A stretch of DNA of 64,000 nucleotides from Flectonema sp. DT1601 (lineage: Eukaryota): the NCBI GenBank assembly GCA_964019425.1, contig OZ025786.1:186001-250000 (forward strand). Reading direction: 5' to 3'. The translations under genes were made by a program, and so were the position numbers. The notes under the pieces are model-generated. The model had not been told where the DNA came from and did no database searches. It was given only the letters and a program-made list of their open reading frames with translations. Of the stretch, positions 44,752 to 56,390 are shown piece after piece. Each line of letters starts with the position of its first letter. The stretch's first letter is position 1.

Positions 44752-45363
44752 ATGGGATGTTGTTTTGGTAAAAGCGAACAAGCAAGAGAAGAGCCTCTAC
44801 TTGACAAGAATGATAAAGAAGAAGCAGAGGGTGGACAGAGTCGAGAATTAGCTCCAGCAGAGAGTAGCAAGTCAGAAGGCAAGAGTGATGCTACAGCAGC
44901 CCCTCCACCGTTGAGCGAGAAGAAGTCAGGATCGCCATCAGCAAAGAAAAAGACAGGAAAAACAGAATCGAAATCCCCAGAAAAAGACAAAAGTCCAGCC
45001 AAGAAAGACAAAGAGAAGTCAAAGGAAAAGGAAACACCTAAAAAATCAACGGGCAAAGACACCAAAGCTAAGGAGAAGAAGGAAGACAGCCCGACGAAAA
45101 AGGAAAAGTCACCAACAGCTTCTGAGGCGGAAAATAAATCACCAACTACCGTAATCGATAAGTCTCTTAAAATTCAAGGAAGGGGTGGAGAGTTACCAAA
45201 ACCAAAAGAAGGGACATCAAACCTCAACCTGAATGGAAAACCGAGCACTCAGGTTGGTACCAACGGCCGTTCTGCGGCAACTGTCACGAGACTCAAACGT
45301 TCAAACAATTGTATTGAAGATTGCCGAATGGAAATTGATCTCTCTTCAGGTAAACTATCCTAG
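44752..45363 (+). CDS. Lys/Glu/Ser-rich protein with N-terminal dual acylation motif
   Basis: MGCCFGK (myristoyl-Gly, palmitoyl-Cys) and a low-complexity charged body. Confidence 0.7.
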   Translation: MGCCFGKSEQAREEPLLDKNDKEEAEGGQSRELAPAESSKSEGKSDATAAPPPLSEKKSGSPSAKKKTGKTESKSPEKDKSPAKKDKEKSKEKETPKKSTGKDTKAKEKKEDSPTKKEKSPTASEAENKSPTTVIDKSLKIQGRGGELPKPKEGTSNLNLNGKPSTQVGTNGRSAATVTRLKRSNNCIEDCRMEIDLSSGKLS

Positions 45364-47538
45364 AGGACTACTCTCGAATGTATTTATTTATATGTTTTGC
45401 CAAACCTCTTTAGTGAGCCTAGCATGGCAGAGGTTTCAACTCACTGCAGTCTCCTCAAGGAGGATTCTTATGGTGAGACACGGACTGTTCCCACCTGAGA
45501 TCAGTGGGCCTTTCCTTTAATCGACCTCTTAAGTGAGCCCATCAGCAGTGTGTCAAAAAAAAAAAAAAAAGATCTCTGATGATGAACAATATACCACTAG
45601 CTGTAACAACAATGTGTTTCCGACAGACCTCTTCAGTGAGCTATCTGACCTCTCTATGAGGGTGGGGATTTAGCCACAGTTTTATAAGAAAATAAGATAT
45701 TCTTCTTCTTCTTCTTTTTTTTTTTTTTGATCTATTTTTGCGCGAACATCGCGTGTCAGTGTGGAGATCAAACAAGAGCTGACCTATGTCTTTTTCTTTC
45801 CCCAGTTTTTCTTTTCCTCAAGCAATTCCACTGCTGTTTGACTGTGAATGTCGGCGGTGGTTGCCATACGATCCTTTTTTAAGGGTGCAATGAAATACTG
45901 ACCGCAAGTGTGGGCCATGAATCTCACTTGATATATAGTCACTTGTAGGGCTGTTTTTCTTTTTTTTCTTTTCCATTTCTTTTTTTTTTTTGTGACTTTT
46001 CTTTTTATGATGGTTCTCGCGATGGATAGGTTTCTTAAAAACAGAGCGAAAAAAAAAAGAAATTCGAAATGGGAAAAAAAAAAAAAAAAAAAAAAAAGAA
46101 AAATGTTTTGGTACACCGCCTGCGCACAGAGGTCTTCCTCCATCGGGTTGCTTTTATCGTTTCGTATAAGATAATGGTAACCCTGTTTTTTATTTTCATT
46201 TTCATTTTTTTTTTTTTTTTTTTTTACGAAAGAGCAAGAATCTCGAAATTCACACGCGTGTTCCTTTCTGGCTCCCGATGTTGGTAATTATTGATATTTT
46301 TTTGTTAGTTAAAGTAAGGTAATAAATCTACTTTTTTTTTTTAAATTTTCTTTTTTGTATTTTACCAATGGATTTCCATTTTCGTACGTCTTTGATACGT
46401 ACAAAAAAATTAGACGAATTCGGAAACGATCGCAATCAGAGCGCTCTTACAGGTTTCTATCCTAACGCTACTTCCAACACAGACAGATTTTGTAACCAAA
46501 AAAAAAAAAAAAAAAAAGGATAAAATTATTGATATTTCGGTTTTAGTATGCAATTCGCTTGCTGCCCCTTTTTTTTTTTTTTTTTCTCACCCCAACTATT
46601 TTTTTTTTTGTTTTGCATGACTGTGACTAAAAAAATTATTTTTTCGTGTTATTTTTTGTATCCCCCATTTTACTATAATACAAGGTTTAAAAAAAAAAAC
46701 AAAAAAACAAGAAAACAAAAAAAAAAAAAATATAAAAAAAAACAAAAAAAAAAAAAAAAAAACAGAGGATGTTGTGTCCATGCCACGGAGGAATGACGTT
46801 TATGTTGCTTTTGTTATTCTGTTGTTTTGTTATTTTATTTTTTAAAAAAAATCGTTCATAGCTCTCTTTTAACTATTATCTGTTATCTTTTAACTGGCAT
46901 TCGTGTGATGGCTATTTTTCATTAACTCCGCAGCTGTTGGGAGTAGTTTTGAGTTGCTGCCGTTAAACGAATGGAAATAAAAGTAAAAAAAAAAATTTTT
47001 CTTCATTCAGAATTCAACTCTGACGTGGGAGTACGTACGACCACAGCAGTCCTTATTTATCCCGCTAGGTCATTACTTGTTAGCAAAAAAATAATGTAGA
47101 GCACAGAAATATAATTTTCGTATATAATAGAGAAATATTCCTTGGCTACCTTGATGCTAGCAAATGATTTAATTAAAAAAAAAAAAAAAAAAAAGGAGCT
47201 GCTGCAAAAAATATTCCCCTCGTCCCCTTTTATTTTTTTTTTGTTGTTGTTGTGGTGTTACTAAATGGCATGGCACGTCGCCGTCCTTTTCAAGGGGGCA
47301 GTGGAGGGGGAGAGACCTCCTTATATAGCTTCTGGGTACTTGTTACTATATGTAAATAGTCCCCAACGGTTTACACCAAGTATTTCATTGTTAAGGGAAG
47401 AGAAAAAATATTAATTTAAACAGCTGTACAACATTAAGGATATTCGGGATGCATCGGGAGTGAGTTTAATGTTTGTTTTGTTTTATTTTTCTTTTCAATC
47501 AGGTTTACCAACCCAAAAAAAAAAAAAAAGCATTTAAA

Positions 47539-48000
47539 ATGTTCAGTTCGCAACCAGCGACAAGTATGCAAGATCCTGGGAGTAACAAGCCTTCACGACC
47601 AGATAGACCTGGGAGAGGGAGAAGAGAGCCTGGAGCTAAGCAAGTACAGGAGGTTCAGCAGCAGGTTCAGCAGCAGCAACAGGTTCAAAGTGTGCAGCCA
47701 CAACAACACCACCAGCAATCACATCATCAAAATATACAACAAGCTGCAAGATATCAAGATGGTGGTGTTCCAGTAGATATTCACAAACATCGTTATCAAC
47801 AACAACAACACCAACAACAAACTTACCAACCTCATCACTCTAAACCAGTCTCTCCAGTCGTCACTGCCGCTCAACAGATTCAGCAGCAACGGTCTTCTGG
47901 GTTCTCTATGTCGCAACCAGCAGCTTCACTTTCAGCACCGACATCACAGTCCCATCACCACCACGGACCTAAGGGATATCATTTAAATAGGAATAATTAG
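47539..48000 (+). CDS. Hypothetical Gln/His-rich protein (153 aa)
   Basis: ATG after an A-rich leader; coding-like composition; SQPA(T/A)S motif near both ends. Confidence 0.65.
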   Translation: MFSSQPATSMQDPGSNKPSRPDRPGRGRREPGAKQVQEVQQQVQQQQQVQSVQPQQHHQQSHHQNIQQAARYQDGGVPVDIHKHRYQQQQHQQQTYQPHHSKPVSPVVTAAQQIQQQRSSGFSMSQPAASLSAPTSQSHHHHGPKGYHLNRNN

Positions 48001-48363
48001 AGTTGTTAGGATATTTCTTATTATTATGGAACAAGGAACGAAAGAAAAAAAAAAAAAAAAAAAATGTTCTTAAGAAAAATAAGAATGTTTTTATAGAGAA
48101 AAAAAAAAAAAAAAAAAAAAAAAGACATCCACTCCTTTTAGATGAAATATTTTTTCAACAACCTGTTTAAACTTTTTTTTTGTTTTTTTTAATTTTTTTC
48201 GCCCCTCCTCCCTTCCCCATTAGAGCTAATGTTTTTTTTTAATATTTTCTCATCCTCATCGAAGACGATCCATTTAACAAACCCCATTTATTTACAACAG
48301 AAATACCAACTACGCGATATGAATTAGTAGTTCTCAGTCAATACAAATGCGCAATACCATATC

Positions 48364-51300
48364 ATGAATGAAGAATTAGAGGCAGCATTCATTTCATTAG
48401 AGAAACACTTCGGGACTAACGGTGTTAATGAAGAGGAATATAAAAAAGTCATCGATGAGTTGCCAGGAGATACCCTGCGAGGGTTGAGAGAATGTTTTGA
48501 CCTAATTGACACTGATGGGACTGGAAAGGTTCCGTGGAATGATCTGTATCAATATATAATTCACATAGCAGTGTCATCTGATCAACAGTTGGGAGTGGCA
48601 AGGAGATATTCTGAACCTCAGAAGTCGATAACATTTCCGAGAAATGTCGACTCTAGAAGATCATTTTACTGTCCTGGACTAGGTCTCGTATCGTGTCTGA
48701 GAGCTGAGAAATCCGGAAGCGGATATTTAGGAACTGTCATCATGGAGCCTGTTACCTGGCAACCTTTAGCACATGTTGCTGAAAGGAATATCTGTTCAGC
48801 ATCTTTTTCTCTTCGTCATCGCGTTCTCGGTATTTGTGATGAGTGTGAAATAAGATTATCGTTCTACTCAACCAACAAAGTTATCCCAGCAAAGGCAGAC
48901 ATATTCGATGATGGGGTTGGTTTACCTCGACCGTTTGTACATCCGGCAATACGTCAAAAACGATATATTCTTGAGGGTCAATGCCAAACAGTAACGGAAA
49001 CATATCCTCTACTCGGAACAATATATACAAAGACTCGTCACTTGCATATCATTTCGGGAAAAGGAAATTTAAATAGTACTTTCATAACGGCGGATCGAAC
49101 TGGTAGAGTTTACCTTTGGGACAGCACTCGTATAGATGTGTTGAGAAGCAATCCGTTCTCAGTTGGAATTTCTTCTAATTTATTACTTTTTAATAAAAGA
49201 ATTCATTCTGACATGATTGGTTCAATATTGTGTACAACAGAAAACATCATATCATCAACACCGGGTGGTCATATTGCAGTGTTGGATCCATTAAGTGAGT
49301 GTGTTGTTCAAGAAATAAAATCAACAATCGATGCGACAGACTACGAACTCACATCAATTTCAACTTTGGGATGGTCAGCTCATTATAAACTTATTATAGC
49401 TGGTGGTGTGACGGGTGATATCTCTCTTTGGGCTTATGCAGGACAGAAATCTGAAAGACAACAGCGTTTGATTTTGAGAGATAGTGAACGTCGTCATTTT
49501 CGTTGTATTAAAGGAATAGAAACAATTCCTGACAATCCTCATCACATAGTTAGCAGTGATTCGATGGGTCTTGTTAAGATTTGGGATTTGAGAAGACTTC
49601 AATGTATTCAGACACTTCATCATACATCAAGTATAGATGCTGCTCATTCAAAGGATGCTAAACAAGTCCTCAACAGTATAACAATACTACCGAAAGGTGG
49701 TATTCTTGCTCTGGGTCAACCAACATGTCTCTATGAACCTTGTAAAGCGATGGGTTTAGGAGCGGCAACACCAGATCAAGTAATCGGCATAGCAATACAG
49801 CTATGTACGCTGTCTTTGTGGTCGTGGAGTAGTCATTCTATTCAAAGATGGTCTCTTGTCAGTACAATGATGGTGGCGCAATATCATTTTCCAGAAATAT
49901 CAATTTTACATGTCATCCCACCGATTAAAGAAACACCTCGTTGGGTTATTGTCTCTCACAAAGTTGGGATAGTTATTCTCAACAGAGACCATGGACTACA
50001 ATTAGCAAGCCACTCAATGTCAACACCACCGATGTTAATATCGATAAAAAAGATTCGCGACAGTGTCTTTTCCCTTACTTGTTACTCTGGTAGTAAGGAT
50101 CGAGATGCGCAGATAATAACTTTAGAATATCGATGTGAGCGTCTTGAAACTAATAGTTCAGTTAAAAAAAATGAAAAAGAAATTATAGAAAGAGACTTAG
50201 AAGAAATAATGTTATCATGCAACGATCCTATTGAAGTAGTACGAAAAGAGTTCGTGAGTGAAGGTCCTGTTTTGGTTTGCACATCAAGTCGAGTAGTGTC
50301 AGGTTGTGGAGGATTCATTGGATGGTTTCCTGTAACTGAATTGTTCACAACATATTTAAACTCTGATCAGTCTCACGTTAAAGGAATAGCTTTATATAAA
50401 TCTGGTTATCAAGTCATGACATCTGACTGTGTTAAAACTACTGTTGATGGTCTATCAGAGTTTTGTGAACCCATTCCGGAATCAACTTCTTCCCCTCAAA
50501 GAAGTAATTTTAAAACCACTCCTGATAGGCGAACATCTTCAATTCATCAAAACAAAGCTGTGAATTGTGCCAAGTCTCGTGACTATCCTCAAATAGTAAC
50601 GTGTGTTGAGCTTCATGAAACAGGTGTTATTGTTCTGGCGGATACTTTTGGAGGGTTGACTATTTGGTTGTTGAATCCCCCGTTTCAAAAAGTTGGAACA
50701 CTTGAAAATCTATCAGTTGGTCACCAAACAACATCTTTATCATATTACAAGTCAAGAATGAAATTATATGTCGGTGATGACTTTGGTTGTATCACTTCAT
50801 ACGCGATGGTTGAAATATTTAACGTTTCGTCCAGCATCAAACGTGTTCCTGTTCATGTTGTTGCGGACACATCCGATTGGCATACCCTCCCAGTACAGCA
50901 GCTTCGAATTGAAATTTCATCATTGCTAATATCAACCGCTGGGAGAGAAATATTCTTATGGAGTGATTCTTTAACAAAATTAACAGCACTCTCGTCACAG
51001 AGATCGGAACTTCCTTTGGGTTACGAACTTCCGTTTCACGTGGAGGAAACAGAACCTGAAGACTTGTCAAAATATTTAAAAGTTGTAATTCCTCAAAGGA
51101 TGACTCATGTTAATAAAATTGGATATTTATACATCTCTGAGATTTGTGAAGAAAAAGATATCGAAGACCTCGTTTTCACAGAGACAGCGAATTCAACCCA
51201 TGAGAGTCCTTACAGGTATGTGTTATTGTTGTATTTGAAAAGAACACTTTAGGAAAAAAAAAAAAAAAAAAAATCAGATCGTTATCTCACTTTTGGAATC

Positions 51301-53777
51301 AATCGAGGCTATCGACAACAGAACAAATGAGGTCTTCATCTATAGCACCCCCGGCGTGGACCAAATTAAACAATTCGGTGGGTGAGCTATCGTTGGATTC
51401 ATCCTCGAGTGAAACATACGTTTTTAAACCCTCTCGTCACAATGACAGAAATCGGTCTGAAAACGACATAGTTGAGGGGATCTCTGATAACAACTTCAAT
51501 AAATTTAATAAAATAAACGAAAATACTTCCTGCGAACCATCAAATAGTAAAGAAGTTGGATTCGAGTCTGAAAATGAAAATATTTATAAAGACGAGAGTG
51601 ATTATTGTATTTCTCTAAAGTCATGGAAACCCGATATTAATAACAACGACACTGACGACCATCAGCCAACGATAATAAAATCAGCTCTTAAGAAGACAGC
51701 TCAGGATAATCAAAAAGAACATGAACTTGATTTTCTCAAATCGTGGACTCCAAAAGATGACGCGTTGTTTGATTTTCAACAAAATGACATCAACAAACAA
51801 ACTGATGATTGCGTTAAGTTACTTCTTGATGAGAATATTTCTGAAGATCAATTCAAGAGTTCAGATATTTCAAATACTGAAAGTGAACCGACACCAGACG
51901 ACGACTACTACGACGACGATAATTTTGATCTACAGAATGTCTCAAATGAGTCGATATCATCAAAGAGTTTCATCATGTCATCCGAAAAGGGATATTTACT
52001 TTTCCGAGGATACCTTTCCCTTGTTGGAATAACGTTCCCTCTGCATAACATAAAATTAACACTACGAATACTGCAATATTTGTCTTCAGAGACTCCATCA
52101 TTTCCGAACAAAATGACCCTCCGACATGTGTTGTGGAAACCTGCAACTGTAGCAGCCGACATCACAAAATTATATTTGTTTGGTATTTTGAAAAATAAAT
52201 CACTGAAAACCAATACTGTTGTAGCTGTTATGAATTATGTAGACGTGACTTGCACACCTCCATATCGGATGAAACGAAAGGAAGTATGGGTTCTCATTAG
52301 AAAATTATTTACTATTTTAGACTCTTTCTTAATACTTCAATTCTACAAAGGAGACGCTAGTGATGAAATTTTTTCCAGATATTCTCGTTGCAGATTACAA
52401 GATACGAATAAAAGATCATCTTCAACAGTCAGTTCCCTCAGAAGTGATCAAAGTAATAAAATAAAAATCAACAGAGAGAGTATTGCTCGAGCTTTAACAG
52501 AAGTTCAGTTTATGGAAAGTTTTCAAGTAGTAAAAGAATCACTTAATTCAGTCAACGCGTCTCCGTATGGTGAAGGTCTTGACGGATCTGAAATAAATAA
52601 AAGTATTCTCTCGAAACCTCAACACAGAGGTAAACGTGATAAAAAGAAGGTCAGGGTTAGTACCAAAGTCCAATCAGTCGTCCTCGACGACAAGAATGAT
52701 TTGGTAACTACTGCGGTAGTAGAGTCCTCTCGTAGTGTTGTGTTTTCTAAGAAGAAGAAAGTAAGATTAAATTCATCTCAATTACCTCATGGTTGTATTA
52801 TGACAGACGGATTTCTCACAGGCAGAATTGGAAAATTACGAAAGGAAAAAGGAAAACGGATAACTTCACCAACACGAGGATTACTTCCATCTGATGCACA
52901 TTTTGATTCTCAAGTTTGTTTTAGTGTTCCAACTGGTGATGATCAAGATTCAGACACCAACCATGACCATCAATCAGATACCTGTCGTATATCTTCTCCT
53001 TCTAATGAAATAAGAAAACCCTCATCAGATTACAGAAAGTGTAGTTTATTTGCTGATGAAGATGAATCAGATTTGTCGACTACGGAAACCAGATTCGGGA
53101 ATCATGAGTTTGGTGTTGCTCAACATCATACACGTGATTTCAATAAGAGAGGAAGTTCTAAGACACGTCCAATTCAGACTCCAAGAGTCAGATTGAGAGC
53201 TGAAGCTACAGTCTTTCATCAGCGAGTATCACAAGCTGAGTCCATTTCAAAGAATCGCATTCTCGTAAAGATGTGGATTACTATTCGTGTTATTTGTGAC
53301 ACACCTGATGCCTGTCGTATCTTCAGCTACCTCACAGGAATTGAAATGACATTAAACAAACTGGGTAAGAGTCCTAAGAAGGTTGTATTTAAAAAAAGTG
53401 CAAATTCTGTTGGTGGGAAAATACAAAGACCCTGGTGGAGATCTCATCAGAAAAACAATCAAGTAACGAGTGCTGGTGATGAAGAGTTGATCTCGTCTGT
53501 AAAAACAGATGCGAGTGACCCTCGTGCGAAGGTTGTTTTTCGAAGGTTTGCATCAGAAAATCCAATTCCGGTGCCTCCATCGAAATCAGCTGTTCGAAGA
53601 TCTGCGAGGCAGGTCTGTTCTAAACCAATTCAAACTGTTTTACAACGTCATCAACCAGGATGGATAGCTCTACCTGATACCCCAATCGGTTTAATCAGTA
53701 TCCCTCACCAAATTAGACAATCACCTTCAAGAGAGTGGGATCGACTACTTCAAAATGGAGTACTAAATTTAAAATAG
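48364..53777 (+). CDS. EF-hand plus WD40 repeat protein (WDR49/EFCAB8-like), ~1783 aa; exons 48364-51215, 51278-53777
   Basis: FDLIDTDGTGKVPWNDLYQYI; WD repeats (IVSSDSMGLVKIWDLRRLQCIQT); a GTATGT...ATCAG intron joins the two ORFs in frame. Confidence 0.8.
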
Positions 53778-54000
53778 TCATTTACACTATAACTGTGTTA
53801 TATATTTTTTTTAAAGAAGTTTTTTTTTATATTTTTTGTTGGTACATTTTTGTTTAAAAAAATTTTCCCCCTAACAGGTAATCGACAACAACAAATTTGA
53901 TTTCACTTCCGAACTCCAAATAATTCTATAATTAAATATTTCCTTTTAAAAAAAAAAAAATTATTATTTTTCCATACTAAACGAATCACAGAAGCAAACC

Positions 54001-54783
54001 ATGTCTAAATATTTAAGAGAAGTACTGAGGTTAAAACCAGCAAGAGACCTGTTGTCAGGGATTCATAAAACACTACCTAACCCTTGTGTCGTTGATCTAG
54101 GATGTGGTGATGGTTATGTTATTCCTCACTTACGACAGCATTGGCCAAGAGGAGATATTATTTGTCTGGACTCGGATAAAGATCAACTACGAGAAGCGAC
54201 TTCAAATTGTATTGATTCTGGAGTCGCATTCGTACATGGGACTATTGAAGAGTGGAAGCCCATTGATAAAAAACCTGATGTGATTTTCGCGAATTCAGTC
54301 TTTCACTTAGTTCCTAACCACACAGAAGTCATTCAGAGACTGTTCTCAATGCTTCCTCCTGGTGGTGTGTTAGCATTCCAAATGCCGATCATTGAGAATT
54401 CACCACAATCTAAAATCCTACGAGAAGCAATTAAGGAATTGGGTTTTGAAGACCCCGATAGATTAAAAGTTCACACCCCAGAAGTGTATTATAATCTGAT
54501 TCAAGACAGATGTAATTCTATTGAGTCTTGGACTACTAGTCATCATCATTTTGTGTCTCCGAATGATGTTATAAACTTGTTGACTACTCCAGGTACTGGC
54601 GGGTCTATTTGGAAAAGTTACACCAAATCGATACCTGTTGCACAACATCAGAAATTATCTGAATTAGCTTCGAGTAAATTTACCTCAAAAGTTGGTGATG
54701 AGAAAACTTGTTTTTCGATTGAAAGGTTTTACATGGTCGCAGTGAAGGAGGGCCACGGACCTACTTTGGGGTTTAGAGCATAG
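54001..54783 (+). CDS. tam: Trans-aconitate 2-methyltransferase-like SAM-dependent methyltransferase
   Basis: R..PARDLL, VVDLGCGDG, DVIFANSVFHLVPNH, L.PGGVLAFQMP. Confidence 0.8.
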   Translation: MSKYLREVLRLKPARDLLSGIHKTLPNPCVVDLGCGDGYVIPHLRQHWPRGDIICLDSDKDQLREATSNCIDSGVAFVHGTIEEWKPIDKKPDVIFANSVFHLVPNHTEVIQRLFSMLPPGGVLAFQMPIIENSPQSKILREAIKELGFEDPDRLKVHTPEVYYNLIQDRCNSIESWTTSHHHFVSPNDVINLLTTPGTGGSIWKSYTKSIPVAQHQKLSELASSKFTSKVGDEKTCFSIERFYMVAVKEGHGPTLGFRA

Positions 54784-55649
54784 TACATTCCGTGTGTAAG
54801 TTCAGTACAGCTTACAGATCGTGTTTCCGAGGTTCGCAGAGTCTCTCCAGACACTGATCCGGCAGTATCTTCAATGCGCTGTTTGCCATCCTTTTAACAT
54901 CCTAGATTTAATTTGTGATTTTGATTTTCCGTTTTTTTCTTTCTTCTTTCTTTCGCACCGACGAAATCGGAGAACTATTTGGAGCTGTGAGGTTCAGATA
55001 TAAATGCTATTATCTGAATGGTTTTTAATTTTTCTTCTTCAAAAATAATACCATACAAAGGAGACGACTAAACAGCTCCTAAGGGGAGGTAGCCGGCCCT
55101 CCAGATTAATGGGCGCCTGAGCGTTTTTTTTTCTCTCCTAAATTACTTTGTTTGACGCTTCAGTGCGACTTTTTGTTTGTTTGTTTTTATTTGCTACTTT
55201 ATGTATTTGATTTGAATATCTATTTCTATTGTCAGAATTAGTCAGGCAGGAATTTTTGTCAAGAATCGAGGTACCAGTTTTGTCGGTGACGGGCTGCTTT
55301 ATGTATAATAATTTTTTCTTCCTTTTCTTTTTTTTTTTCTCTTTTGGAAGTATACTTTGGCACACAAGAATAGATATGTAACATGGAAGCACTCTCGCTC
55401 TGTAGTTGCGATCTCGTTGTCTATTGTAGGAAAGGATCAGAAAACAAGTTGTCTCTGCTGGTGATAATTGTTGTTTTGGAAGGCCCCTTCTCTTCTTCCC
55501 TTTTTTTTTTTTTCTTCTTCTTCGCCATATATTGATGTGCCCAGAATTGGCCATCAAAGCATTAGCATCTTATTATATTAGTGAGTGCGTGATTGTAGAT
55601 TTCTATTTCGCTATCAGTTAATATCAAAAAAAAAAAAAAAAAAAAAAAC

Positions 55650-55913
55650 ATGAATACCTTATCACGTGTGACAAGATCCCTTGGTACCCGTTGGTGCAGC
55701 AGCTCGCCAGTCGATATCGCGTTTAAGCCTAATGAGGTGTGTAAATGATTTTTTTTTTTTTTTTTTTTTTTGTGGTTGAAAAAATCATCAAAACCAACAA
55801 ACCAACAGGACGGGTGGGGTTACAACAAAAACTACGGAGATAGCTTTGAGAGAATTTTTGGTAACAAGAAGGAGCCTACAGAAGCCCCTAAAGAAAAGAA
55901 AGAAGAGAACTAA
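55650..55913 (+). CDS. Small spliced protein (63 aa) with mitochondrial-type presequence; exons 55650-55736, 55809-55913; not in the ORF track
   Basis: MNTLSRVTRSLGTRWCSSSPVDIAFKPNE|DGWGYNKNYGDSFERIFGNKKEPTEAPKEKKEEN*; phase-0 GTGTGT...AACAG intron. Confidence 0.75.
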
Positions 55914-56390
55914 ACCGATTTCAACTCATCACGGTATACTTCTCTAAGAAACTGTAGCAGTTCGTCGTGCTACATAATTGTGGTTGGGTATGGGTAAATC
56001 CTCTGTGAGGGCTTATTACTTCGGTATCAGCGTTTTATTGACTGAATTCTGTTTTTTTTATTGGTTGGCTTTTGTTTTTTTGTATCACCGTTTTTTTTTC
56101 TTTTTTTTTGCAATGCCTGAGAGGCAGCCACTGCGTGTGCAGTGCGACAACTCGTGTGGGATCATGCAAAGAATTCTTCTGTTTCTACAGCGTTAAATGT
56201 GTGTAAGAATAAAAAACAAAACAACCAATTCATCATCTTTAAGAAGCAAACCAAAACAACAACGAACACTTTCATTTTGTAAAAAAAAAAAATATAGTAT
56301 AATTCCGATGTTACTAAAAAAAGTAATTATTTTATATCAGACAAAAAGCACGAGGGGGGAAGAGTCGAGCTTTAAAAAAAAAATAAAAAA

